The notes beneath the pieces were generated by a model. That model worked only from the letters and a program-made list of their open reading frames with translations. It was not told where the DNA came from and searched no databases. 50,325 nucleotides of DNA from Basidiobolus meristosporus CBS 931.73 (Eukaryota > Fungi > Basidiobolomycota), in the NCBI GenBank assembly GCA_002104905.1, contig MCFE01000642.1, forward strand, positions 1 through 50,325, written 5' to 3'. This document shows, in pieces, positions 13,080-25,115 of the stretch (position 1 is its first letter; the number at the start of each line of letters is the position of its first letter). The translations under genes and the position numbers were made by a program.

Positions 13080-13945
13080 CTATATTTTCGCTCGAATCAA
13101 GCTCGACGGAGTAATCTCCACCTGGACGGGATTGGAAAAATGACCAATGTTTTCGACCTCTACTTCACAGATATCGCCATCATTCAACCAAACAGCAGGA
13201 TTTCGAGCACCGCCAACCCCTGGGGAGTACCAGTGAGGACCTCTCCCGGTTGCAAGGTGGTCCCCTGGGAGAGAAAGCTAATCAGCTCAGCCACCGGGAA
13301 TATCATATCGGCGGTGGAACTGTTCTGCATCGTCTGACCATTTAATCGGGTTGTCAGTGTAAGCGCCTGAGGATTAGGTGTTAATGATCTATTCACAATA
13401 CATGGACCCATTGGAGCATATGTATCGAAGCCCTTGGAAAAGCACCATTGTCCAGAACCATACGCTGGGCTCTGCCATCTACGAGAGCTAACATCGCTGC
13501 AAATAGTGTATCCCAGAACATAGCCCAACGCCAGTTGGACTATGTGAACACATCACGACAAGCCTTGCCAATCACCACGGCAAGCTCGACTTCATAGTCA
13601 GCTTCCTGATTACTAGCTACATATGGGACTACAATTGGCTCATTTGGGTGTTGGAGCACGTTAGGTGGTTTCAAGAAAACTATTGGGTAGTTGGGGATAG
13701 GACTGTTGAATTCTTGAGCGTGTTCCTTATAGTTTAATCCAATCGCTCGGAAAATGGGAACCTTTGCCAAAGGGGCAAGAAGCTTCTGCACAGTTACCTC
13801 GCGACTAGTGACCTGGGCAGTGCCACCAAACGGCTTTCAATCCCACCACATCCCTGGGCCACTGTTCATCAATGAGATTTGGCTCTCCACAGTAAACATT
13901 CCCATCTTTGAGAGCAACAAAGCGAATGGGCCGTTTCCAAGCCAT
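13080..13945 (-). pseudogene. Fumarylacetoacetate-hydrolase (FAHD) family gene with three frameshifts
   Basis: MAWKRPIRF, AIGLNYKEH, IVFLKP, DYEVELAVVIGK, LGYTICSDVSSR, KGFDTYAPMGP, LTGTP are all present. The frame breaks near 13832, near 13535 (with a TAG) and near 13220. Confidence 0.8.
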
Positions 13946-14793
13946 GCGGGATGAACGAACAGCTATCTGTTAATGCGTAGGTACCGGGAACGCCATACAA
14001 CCCTTGCTATTGGCTTTATAGCCGCAACCAATTCCATACGCATCCATTTCGGTTGAGTCACTGTGACCAAGACGAAGGGACTGCCTCGGGGTATCACGGG
14101 AAGCTTGCAACGAGGACCTTGCAATTATTAAGCAAAGGCCACCAGGTGGCTGGTAAAGCCCCATCCAGCAATAGGCAGGCTAACCAAAGTTGAACTGAAT
14201 CGGTGGCCCATAGAGTTTATCCGTGACTTCATATAGTCGACCAAAATGAAATTACACCATTTTAACGAAACTTAATCTGCCGTGCGACCCAGAATGTCAG
14301 CATGATTCTACCATTGGCACCAGTGAGTGGTACAACATGATATATCTTGATGACCAGGCATATACCAGACAAATCATTCCCGCATATAATGTGTTCCAAA
14401 TGAGAGAGTAATGTTGCCTGTTATTCGATCAGTTTAATATACTGTGAAACATACGTAAAAACAAACCGATCCTTTTTTGGCTCCTACTCTAGAGATATGT
14501 ATTTTCTTCTGTCCACTCTTTATCCGCCCGTAGGCTCTCTTTTGTTAGGGACTGTCATTCCCCCCACTCTTTCCCTTGCTTTGTTGCACTTTTGAGCTTC
14601 TTGAGCTGTATTTGGAGGTTTACTCTCTCTAGGCAAGTGCCTCAACGTGGTTTGTTTTCTATCCTGGACGCTAGACCGCTTTTCTCACCGAGCGTTCACT
14701 TCACAGAGCCGTGTTGGAAATCAATTGAAACTTACTGCGGGGTTTCCGTACTCTTCTGGTTTTCGATTCATCTTTCACCAACACATCCTTAGC

Positions 14794-17634
14794 ATGAGTA
14801 CCAGATGTCCTGAGGAGCTATCCATTGACACGAATTTTCATCATATGGAAGCTGCCCCTTCCGATTCCATAGAGACTCCGCTGTACACCTCCCCGCGGTC
14901 ATCCATGAGTTTGGATGATCCAGAGGGAGACTCTCTTATTAGTGCCAAAGTGGAGAAGCTCTTCATGGAACTATTTCAAAGCGACCTATCCGCTTTTAGG
15001 GATAACGAGGAGCTGAAATTCGGGCCATTCGTCTCTGGGGTATGTGGCCATAGGGATTATTTTGACATGGGCATTATCCCTCGGAACGGTCATGTCCAGG
15101 ACACGTTCGAGGAGAAGAGCGAGAATAATGGTCCTGGATTTACGAGATCGAATTCTAGATATTCTCTGAGAGGTCTCCAACTCTTCAAAACAATAAAAAA
15201 GGCCACCCCTTCACTTTCCCGCTCTAGTACGAACAGCGTCAAACCTGTGGAGGATACATTCGTGGAGCCGGAAGAGGTTGGTTGCGAGCAACCTCTTGAC
15301 ACCGTCTGCCAGCGGGCAAACCCAGGTACCGACGGAACACACGAGCAGGAACAGGGAAATTCGAATAACGATAGTAGCAATAAGTTCCCTAGCCAGTCGC
15401 CTAAAAGAAACCTAACTCGCTTTAACTCATTAACCACCTTGGCCACGAATAACTCCGTGAGCGGGGAGTCCCAAAATGAATCTGCCTCGGGATCGTCCTT
15501 CTCGTCCTCTGCAAGGGTGTTAAAACCCAGTCTTTCCCTATCCGCCAGAAGTAGAAAATCGTTGGCGAGCTTCCGGTCGTTTACTAACTTTACAAGCGAA
15601 CAAAAATTGTCGAGAAAGTCCTCTCAACGGAGCCAAGCATCGGACAAGTCGACCAGCTCTCGGTCGTCCGGCACCCCGGAACCAGACAAGGCCAAAAGTA
15701 TGGAAATCACTCGAAGCCGGGGATTCATTCCCTTGGATATCCCCAAGAATCTTGGAGACTTCTCTGCCACCTCTATATTGAACGAGCTTGGCATTGAAGA
15801 GAAGGAGGTAAAGCGATCCCAGAGTTTGAACAGCCCACTGAAGCCTCCCGAGGTGCGGTTTTTGAGAAAGAACTCCTCCTCGGTGGATCTTTCATTGATC
15901 AGTTGGGCCCAGGCCGAGGCTTGTAAAACGGCCACCCACCCTACAGTAAGCCCACGAATATCCTCAACTTCATAACACTGATGGCTAAACCAGACATTTA
16001 TTGAACCATGATACAGCAAAGAGAGTTCAATTTCTCCAAGCAGATGGTTTGTTGCGATCTCTAACCCGCCAAATAGCCCACTCCACACTAACCATGCGCT
16101 TCATATCCACAGAGCCAGCTGATTAGACCCCATTGTCATGAGATTCGCTATTTCGTCACTGAAGAGATCTTCACAACGGAGATCAGCTACATGGAGAATC
16201 TCGAAATCATCCTCAACGTATGTTGTTCCTGCTGCTTCATGTGATGTACCGGTAATAACGTGCGGTGCCGTTCAATTACAGACCTTTATGGTGCCAATCC
16301 AAGATATGGCCAAAACGTCAGATCCCATCGTGCGCCCGCATGACACCAAAATCATCTTCCAAGGCATCGAGCCGCTGTACAAGCTTAGCCAGCAGCTTTG
16401 CTTCGAGCTCAAGCATGAGATTGAGAACTGGAATCCAAGCTCCCGAATCGGTCGGTTGTTTTTGAAGCGCCAACGGTCGTGGGACATATACCCCCGATTC
16501 GTTGATAACTACTCATTTGCTCGGGAGGCCATCCAGCGAGCGGAAGGAACTACTTCGTTCAATGAATTTATCAAGGTACACGGCTCTTTCGCATATCAGT
16601 CACAGCCACAGTCCCCATGACCTAACCTTCCCTTAGAGTGTGGCCAAGAACGACACCAAGCGCCAAACACTAAAAGAGTTTCTCATCATTCCCATTCAAC
16701 GAGTCACCAGATACACACTGCTTCTAAAAGGTATTCAAGGGTTCTTGTAGTGCCGGCTGTTACGCATTCTTAACCTTCGCCTATGTAGATCTGCTGAAAC
16801 AGACGCGGGAGGACCATCCTGATTATGCAGATGTTTCGCAAGCCTTGAAGTTCATGAAAAACCTGGCGTTCAAGGTTAACGAAGTGAAGCAGAGGGAGGA
16901 GGAGAGAACTCGACTGTTCACCATCTTCAACAGCATTGAAAACTGCCCGGTACGAAGCAGTCACTACCATGGTCAAACACTCACTGGTACTCACCATCCA
17001 TTTTAGCCCACGATGATCAACTCCAAGCGTAGGTTCATGCTCGAGACGGATGTACTGGAGACCAGATCAAACCGCAGGTTGCACGTTGTCCTGTACTCGG
17101 ACTACCTGATGTTGGCAACCTCCGGGAAATACCGGCCCTCGCGGGCAGGGGAGAAATGGGTTTTCTGGCGATTGATTGATTTACGTCATATCATATTATT
17201 TAATGTACCTGACACCAAAGGTATGTCATGGATCAATGTCTTGTCATCATTAGTAACTCCACTAACTCGAGCCGCCAGATGCAACTGATCTCACGGTCAT
17301 CTTTGTTTCAAACCCATTTCCCACCACCGGCACCGACAGCATTGAGCCGCTCGTCAGATCCCCAACGAGCGCAACGGACAGCTCATCCAGCTCGCCACCG
17401 TCTTCGCCGCGAGGCACCCCGCGCACCTCCTTTGTAGAAAGCAAAAAGCGACCAACCTCCAAGAAGCAGCTGCCGACCAACCAGTATAATTTCCAACACG
17501 CCGACCAGAAATCCAAGGTGGAGTTTCTGATTGCCCTGGAAAGTGAGCTCTCCAAGATCAACAAGAGGCTCGGCGGGCAACCCCGGAACTTCATCCAGAC
17601 GCTTGGACAGCCTCACGCAGACCTGTTTCCATGA
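14794..17634 (+). CDS. Rho guanine-nucleotide exchange factor (Ser-rich N-terminus, DH-PH), multi-exon
   Basis: DH motifs EEIFTTEISYMENL, IFQGIEPLY, IYPRFVDNY, LKEFLIIPIQRVTRYTLLLK. PH-like RRLHVVLYSDYLMLA. Confidence 0.88.
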
Positions 17635-18081
17635 TGGCTCCGGTTCCAGTTCCAGTCACCGTCACCGTCACCTCCCCCATGATTCACGTCCCTTGACGAT
17701 TTTGATCACGTCTACTCCCCCTTCAATGTAAATTAGTATAGACCAACACTCACTCATCCACATGTACCTGTACCCACCCTACCCCCACGTATACGTAAAT
17801 CCAAACATGCCATGTAAACCTCGCTGCCTTTGTAAAAAGGAACTGCCCTCTACTGTCGCCATCGCCATCCCACCAACGGTGTCTTGATAGTCGAAGTACA
17901 TAAAGATTCATCCTTTACACTGGTCTATTCAACCAACATCCGGACCCATCACCCACACGGTTTCATAGCAAATCGATAAGCTTCGACCCATCAGGAGCCC
18001 TATCAGTTATTGGGCCGACATAAATACGCGCGGCCCCTGGGCCATGGCGAGAAGCAAAACGAACCAGAGGGATTGATTTGA

Positions 18082-20645
18082 ATGATGGAGGGAAACGCGC
18101 CCACTTCGCTGGTCCTCAGGCCCGGGGTGTGTGGTGTTGGAAAGATAGTGAGGGTCGAGACCAATCACTGCAAGTTTAGCGAGCACTCTCAGGTCGACAT
18201 CTACCAGTACGACCTGTCGATCATGCCGGAGATTCGAAACCCCAAGGTGGCTAGGCTCCTGTTCGACGAGATGCAGAAGAGGTACAAGGATTCCCTGTGC
18301 GGGGAGTACTCCTTGGTGTATGATTTCGCCCGAAACGTGTACTCCAACGGCCCGCTGCCGTTTGGGCAGTCAATGAGCGTGGAGGTAGATCGAGTTTCCA
18401 ATTCCCGTCCTTAACGAATTGTTCTGATTGTTCGAGACAGATGGAGTCGTCCCTGGTCAGCCCGGCCACGCAATGCACCATCAAGATCGTCCAGGTCGCG
18501 GTGATTCCGATCCAGGCGCTCCTGGAGTTTCTGAATGGCCGCTCGGACCAGACGTCCGCAAGCTCGTCTTTCATCACCGCCATGAATGTCCTCTTCAAGT
18601 ACCACACATCTCTGGACCACTTCACTTGGGGAAACTCGATTTTCAGGCCGGGTAAGAGCTTCCCTCTGGGCGGTGGCTTGGAGGCTTGGCGCGGGATCCA
18701 TCAGTCGGTAAAGCCGACGAAGGGCCAGCTGCTGCTGAATATCAATTCGACCGCCACCGCCTTCTACACCCCGGGACCCTTGCTGGACAGCATTGTCAAC
18801 GTGCTCGGGCGTCGAAGCCCGCGCGAGCTCAGGCAAGGGTTCGCCCCCGAGGAGAGATCCCGGTTGGTGCGGTTCTTCAAAGGAGTGACTATCCGGACGA
18901 CCCATCGAGGGGAGAAGAACTTCCAATACAAATTCGAAGGGCTAACCGAGAAAGGAGCGGACCAGACTTTCTTCCCTTCAAGCGATGATCAGATGGACAT
19001 CGGAGTGTCCACCTACTTTCACCAGACCTACAACCTGCGCCTGAATCACCCAGGCCTCCCCTGTGTCCTGGTCAAGAAAGGCAGGGTTTTCCTGCCCATC
19101 GAGGTGTGCGAGGTCGTCCGAGGACTTCGGTACAACTCGGCCAGGCTTAGCGACGAGCACATCAGCAACATGATCAAATTCTCGGCGCTGAGCCCGTCCA
19201 AACGGATCAATGAAATAAACGATGGGATCCGCACCCTGATTCACAACAACGGCCACCACCTGAGCAGATTCGGGGTCAAGGTGGAGAATCGTATGATGGA
19301 CATCGAGTCCAGGATCCTGGATCCACCCACCTTGCAGTTCCACGAGAGCACGCCGGACTTCACCCCGGGCTCGGGTGTGTGGAACATGAACAACCGAAGG
19401 CTCTACCGCACAGTTCCCCTTGTTGCCTGGTCCATCGTCAACTTCGCCTCTCGCGCAGAACGCCAGGTTCAATCTTTTCTCGGTGAGCTGATCAACACCG
19501 GGAGACAGATGGGCATGGCCGTCGAGATGGACTCCCCGGCTGTTCTTCAGCCGTCACGCGAGGATACCATCGAGGAGATCCTGAAGAACGCTTGGTACAG
19601 AGCCCACCATCAATCGGAGGACATCCCTCAGATGATCCTATGCATTCTGCCGGCACGGGATCCCCAGTTGTATTCGGAAATCAAGCAGGTGAGCGAGACC
19701 TCGATTGGGGTGATCACCCAATGCGTGGTCGCGCGGAGCGCACTGAGCCCAGGCCGTGGCTACAAGATGTACCTATCCAACCTGTGGCTAAAGATCAATA
19801 CAAAGCTGGGCGGGATAAACGTTCGACTTAGCCCCAGGTCAAATCTCTCGCTGAAGCTACCCAGCGTCCCCATGATCGTCGGAATCGATCTGTCACACCC
19901 TGGCCCATACGACAAACTCTCCCCCACCACCGCAGCGATGGTGGCCTCCATTGACTCGAGCTTCACGAGATATGTTACTTCCTTCCGGGCCCAGGAGCCT
20001 CGCAAAGAAACCCTGAGCGACGTGGAGTCCATGATGAGTGAACTCCTCGTACTGTACAGACAAGAGTGCGGCAGCTATCCCGAACAGATAATCATATACA
20101 GGGACGGGGTATCCGAAGGCCAATTCGAGGAAGTGAAGCTATGTGAGATAAGGCCGCTGCACGAGCTATTCCAGAAGCGAAAACTCACTCTGAAAGTCAC
20201 CTACATAGTGGCCAGGAAACGGCACCACACACTGTTCTTTCCCACCGAGAGGGCTTTCGCCGACAACTCAGGGAACTGTAGGCCGGGAACTCTGGTCGAC
20301 ACCACCGTGACCCACCCGAACGAGTTCGATTTTTATCTTCAGTCGCACGCGGGCATCCAGGGGACCTCCAGGCCTTGCCACTACTACGTTATCTACGACG
20401 ACTACCACTTTACCGCTGAGGAGCTGCAGACGTTAACCTTCAAGCTATGCTTTATTTACTGTCGCTCGACACGTTCCACCTCCATCCCAGCCCCACAATA
20501 TTACGCTCACTTGGCAGCCAGCAGGGCGCAACTTCACTTTCGGAATGGTCAATGGAACGACCCGCTGAGCGAAAGTGGCCAAGGCTTGCAGGAAACCTAC
20601 AAAGGGGTGAAGCACGAATTGAAGACCCACATGTTCTATGTGTAA
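18082..20645 (+). CDS. AGO: Argonaute (N-L1-PAZ-L2-MID-PIWI), about 835 aa; exons 18082-18384 and 18441-20645
   Basis: GGGLEAWRGIHQSVKP, PAZ LPCV...FLPIEVCEV, MID YSEIK...TQCV and KINTKLGG, PIWI GIDLSH, RKET, YRDGVSEGQ, HAGIQGTSRPCHY, YYAHLAA, terminal MFYV. Confidence 0.97.
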
Positions 20646-20858
20646 GCTGAAGAACAGCAACAATAAAAATGATGGAAGATCCATGACATAATCGGTGAGG
20701 GACCCGATATATATGGTCCATTTGAGAAATCCCTTTTTTTTTGGCCACGCCTGGTTACTATCACGGTGCATATACGAAATAGCCTCCACTGCTTCGGCTT
20801 CCCCTGTAGGCCTACCTGGCGTATTTTGAAAGTTTCAAGAAACCTACTGTTCGCTCCC

Positions 20859-22413
20859 ATGTCCACCGGTAGTAAACGAGCGCGCTCACCACGGTCGCCG
20901 GAACCACGTAGAGAGAAGAGGAGCCCTTACAAAGATACCGAATTCCCTCTGTTCCCTTTGGAGCGATTCAGCGACAAGCCAGTCCAGTTCCGGCAGCCAG
21001 TTGAGATAGGCTCGTTCAGTTACGATGAGGAAAGAAACACTCGAATGGACGATTCACAATTGGTGGGTGAAGCCCCTGTGCGGGAAGCTAGCGGAAATGA
21101 AGTCGCCCAACTCATTAGAGCTCATACTAACCTTGAAGCATTCCCAACCCCCTCCCTACCCCCTAGAAATACTACTATCCACCAGAGGTGAACAACAACC
21201 TGTCCGACAACTACGACAAATACATAGAAAGAGACCAATCGATTCCCGAGCACATAGACGCCTTGCTCGAATGCTTGACCCACATCAAAGAAACCAACAA
21301 GACCCCGGGTTTGACCGAGGCGAACTTCGTACGTTGTCCAGACCCAGTTGTTTTTCTTCGACCCGCCCCTCAACCAACCCGTGTTTATTCAAGGTTTGTT
21401 ACCGGGGCATCATGACCAAGATCTTCTGCACGCCCTACGCGAGAAGAGACCCCTGGGAACTGGGAGCAACTCTGCATCGGGTAAGGCTTCACTTGTTCGA
21501 GGCGAACGGCACCCGTTACTGACGGTATGCCACCAGGGTACAATCTATATCGAGGAGCACGAGACGGAGTACAAGAGGAAGAGTCGTCAGGAGCAAAACG
21601 CCAGACTCCATCGGATGTGTTACTGGGGGTACCGGTTCGAATCGCTATGCACCATTCCGAAGGCACCTAGCGAGCTGCAGGGAAACGATGACCCGGTGCT
21701 GGAGGAGAGGAAGAATGACGTGGTGAACACCAACATCCAGTACTGCTCAGTGGTCCGCACCAAAATCCACAACAAGTCCATCATCATGGGGGCCGAGGTG
21801 GACTGTATCACAGGTATTTCTGGAGCGTTTCCAACGTTCGCTGATCCCTTCTAATCGGCACCCCGAGCAGAAAAGAAATCCACCCAAGACCCTCTGAGGC
21901 AGTACGTCGAGCTCAAAACCACCAAGCAATTCACTCGCGAGAGAGACCAGCACAATTTCGAAAAGTAACCCTACCTCTCCACCCAGCCCATCCCACGCGT
22001 GCTAACCCCCCACATCTCAGATTCAAGCTGATCAAGTTTTGGGCGCAGTCTTTCCTCCCAGGCATCCCAAGGATTGTGGTAGGCTTTCGGGACGACGACG
22101 GGTACCTGAGGTCAGTTCAAACCCTCAAGACGCTGGAGATCCCTCGGATGGTCCGTGGCAAAGGATACTGGGTAAGTGTGTGATCAGGCTGTCTCTCACT
22201 GCTATCCTCCTAACGTCCACATCGCCACAGGATGCCACTGTCTGTCTGAATTTCGCCAACGCCTTCTTGGACTGGCTGCAACGCCAGATCACTGTCGATA
22301 ACCCCAAAGCCACCTACACCATCACATTCAAAGAGCCCTTTCGAGCCATAGAGATCGTCTACGAGGGGGAGAAGAACTCCTTCCTGACCGAAGCATATTT
22401 GGAGAAGTGCTGA
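20859..22413 (+). CDS. RAI1: Rai1/DXO decapping exoribonuclease, multi-exon
   Basis: [62 protein letters not shown]. Confidence 0.92.
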
Positions 22414-22485
22414 GGTGGTTACGTTAGGGTTTATTGTAAATATTATACACGAGAATTAAAGGATGTTGGAGTATTTACACAAGTG

Positions 22486-24267
22486 TTAGTCCCATTTGGA
22501 TTTGATCTCGTCTGTCAGGGCCCGTCCCACTTGCTGGATGACTTCGTCCGCCGCGTAGACAATGGTTTGCTTCCAGGTTATGACCACCGGCCGGATTTCG
22601 TGGTAGCTCTCATGGATGAGCTGGGCCAGTGCGCTCCAGCTTAGGGTCACAATCGACGATGCCTTGGCAATGAATTCGGCCACCACGGGTAGCAACTTCT
22701 CGAGAGAGGTTCGAGCCACCCGACAAGTCATCCTGATCGTCAATCCAACGTATTTCAGCGCCAACGAAGTCCACGATAGAGCATGCCTGTAGACCTCTTG
22801 GACAACCGAGACAACCAGGGGTCGAGCATTCAGCGTTACACTGGCGCCCCAACGAACAGCGTACGAGAGGATCGATCGGGCGATCCCCTTAACGTTGAGA
22901 CAAACCTGGAAGGCCAGGGAGAAAACTTGTTTGCAAACAAAAGTGGTTTTCGCACGGGTCGGCAACCAGAATTGGGCCCTCTTGCTTCCAAGTAACACTA
23001 GGCAGCTCGAGATTGCATCACGCACAATACGATATAGCCGCGCTGAGGCGGACACGGCGATGGAGCGGGCTCGGGCAATGGAGGAATCCGCTCTTCTTAG
23101 TATGTGGTTAGAGAAGTATTTGGTGGTACGACTTGCTTGCGACAAGAGGGAGCAACCGATCTCGTGGAGTAGAGCTGATGCGCTAGCAGCCGCTTGTTGG
23201 AACTTGGGGATGGCTTCGGTCCAGGTCCACGACACGGTTGATTTGGACACGCGGTTCAAGTACTTATAAAGGCCCCCGGCCAGGAAGATCGAGCATATCC
23301 AGGTAGCAATAATCAACCGGCGGTAAAGGTGCGTAGCACATTGAACGGTTGGTAAGAGAAGAGAGTTGATGCACTGGTCCCACGTAGGGACGATATTAAG
23401 GACTCGTTTGGAATTGCTTTCGTAAGCCCGCTTGAAAAACGACCCTGAGCTGGATAGTGCCCCGACAATCGCGGGTTTACTCGTGTCCTGGGCTGCTCCT
23501 ACTATTCTCCGCGCAGAATGGAATAGCTCTCCAAGGTCATAGATCAAGTCCAACGCTGGCACCTGAACATGTTGGAGGGTGCGTTTTCCAAGGTACGAGC
23601 CATGTACGGCGATCCAGATGAACACGTGACTAACCAATACACCACAAGTGCGGTAAAGTGGCCTCGCAAACGAGCTGTCAAAAGTGGAAAAGCAAAGGCG
23701 GATGGACTGCCAGGCAGAACAGAGGAAATACCAAAGGCCCTTCGCCCTCCTATGATATGGCTCGACAGCAAGGTACGATGCCGTGTTGGATTTGGAAATC
23801 TTGAGGCCGTAATCTAATACAGCCGTGCTGGGAGTTATGATGTATCTCTCCCAATACTGGGGAGATGTCCGCTTTACGAGCTCTGGAAGTCGGGACAAGT
23901 ATGTCACATACCAAGAAAACAGCGAAGGGATCTTTGCCAACGTCCAGAGAAAACCATCCATCGAGCAATAGACACAGATTCTAAACAATCCTCGAACCAA
24001 ACGTATAACAAGATATATAAAGGCCAAGGGTACAAACGGCAGGAGCATAAAGTTCTTCCTGCTGGCTTTAATGGCCTCGGGAACACTGGTCTCTCTTTTC
24101 CCCTGCGCACCCATCCTTTTCTCTAGCCTCCAGTTCGGGGAATAATCTCGGACCACATAGAGGAAGCAACCCAACAAAAAAAGGGCGGCGCCTATAAATT
24201 TTGGCGACAGAAGTAGTCGAGAGAGCGCTTCTGTTAAACGGACATCTTTATAAAAGGCTCTAAGCAT
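22486..24267 (-). CDS. Hypothetical 593-aa single-exon membrane or amphipathic-helical protein
   Basis: Long uninterrupted ATG-initiated ORF with several hydrophobic segments (FIGAALFLLGCFLYVV, FMLLPFVPLAFIYLVIRLV, LIIATWICSIFLAGGLY). No recognised domain. Confidence 0.65.
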   Translation of the reverse strand: MLRAFYKDVRLTEALSRLLLSPKFIGAALFLLGCFLYVVRDYSPNWRLEKRMGAQGKRETSVPEAIKASRKNFMLLPFVPLAFIYLVIRLVRGLFRICVYCSMDGFLWTLAKIPSLFSWYVTYLSRLPELVKRTSPQYWERYIITPSTAVLDYGLKISKSNTASYLAVEPYHRRAKGLWYFLCSAWQSIRLCFSTFDSSFARPLYRTCGVLVSHVFIWIAVHGSYLGKRTLQHVQVPALDLIYDLGELFHSARRIVGAAQDTSKPAIVGALSSSGSFFKRAYESNSKRVLNIVPTWDQCINSLLLPTVQCATHLYRRLIIATWICSIFLAGGLYKYLNRVSKSTVSWTWTEAIPKFQQAAASASALLHEIGCSLLSQASRTTKYFSNHILRRADSSIARARSIAVSASARLYRIVRDAISSCLVLLGSKRAQFWLPTRAKTTFVCKQVFSLAFQVCLNVKGIARSILSYAVRWGASVTLNARPLVVSVVQEVYRHALSWTSLALKYVGLTIRMTCRVARTSLEKLLPVVAEFIAKASSIVTLSWSALAQLIHESYHEIRPVVITWKQTIVYAADEVIQQVGRALTDEIKSKWD

Positions 24268-24430
24268 TAGAAACTTTAAAACATATTAGTCGGTGGTCGA
24301 TTTACAAAGGATGCGCAGTGCTTAATGGGGATTAAAAGCCGGTTTTCCAGCCAATTCGATTGCTGCGATCTGATTGGTGCTGGTGCATATTTATGTGTTG
24401 ATGTAGCTACGGAACAATCTGCACCTTTAC

Positions 24431-24697
24431 ATGATTGCCTTACGAAGAACTCGAGCCTGGCAAGCTTTTCACTGCCGCCATCGGCAAAAATGGACTCGGT
24501 GCAAGGACCCTGCACACAACCAAACAAAGTCACGCTACGAACTCTACCGGATCGACACTAACGGTGTGGAGTACTTCATGAAGCACTTCGACTCGCTGAC
24601 AGCCGCCCAAGCGGAAGCGAAGAGATACTCCGACCTGGGCCACAAGCAAGGCTATTTCGTTCGCGAAAAAGCGAACTTCGACTTAAATAAACCTTGA
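24431..24697 (+). CDS. Small 88-aa protein resembling bacterial small SPOR-like proteins
   Basis: YRIDTNGVEYFMKHFDSLTAAQAEAKRYSDLGHKQGYFVRE matches the recalled bacterial pattern R-x-D-x-N-G-x(2)-Y...A...GHKQ-x-Y-x-V. Confidence 0.6.
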   Translation: MIALRRTRAWQAFHCRHRQKWTRCKDPAHNQTKSRYELYRIDTNGVEYFMKHFDSLTAAQAEAKRYSDLGHKQGYFVREKANFDLNKP

Positions 24698-25115
24698 GCC
24701 CCATGATTTGGATGTAACCCCTATTAAGGTCAGATTACCAAACGATGCTCCAAGTAGTAGGCTCCTTATCGGGCTAATTAGCAAGTAGAGATTAATAATA
24801 TGACTCCTAATCCAGATTACCAAGGGACATGCTTCCTTGATGAATCATCTGTTCGATAAGCGTCTTGATAAACGACACTACTGGATAGGCCAATTTCACT
24901 GTGTTCTGTCTGTGTTTCACGAAACTAGTTTCAACACCGTCTTGATTGATAACTATATTAGCTACAGATAGCCAGCTATATACATATGCTGATAGTGTCA
25001 CCCCCGGATAATTACCTCGACTCCTTGATTGGATTGCCATTTGACATCCATTGAAGTTGGCCTTTTTTTGGATATAAGGGTCGCTCTGGCTGTTGACAAT
25101 CTGTATTTCCTCATC

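Noticed and set aside
18411-20123. Several 100-170 aa antisense ORFs over Argonaute (and similarly over Lon and RhoGEF)
   Set aside because: They are expected by-products of GC-rich codon usage and show no independent motifs.
21630-21645. tRNA T-loop-like GGTTCGAATC (similar hits at ~22707 and ~46815)
   Set aside because: All lie inside protein-coding frames, with no cloverleaf or D-arm around them.
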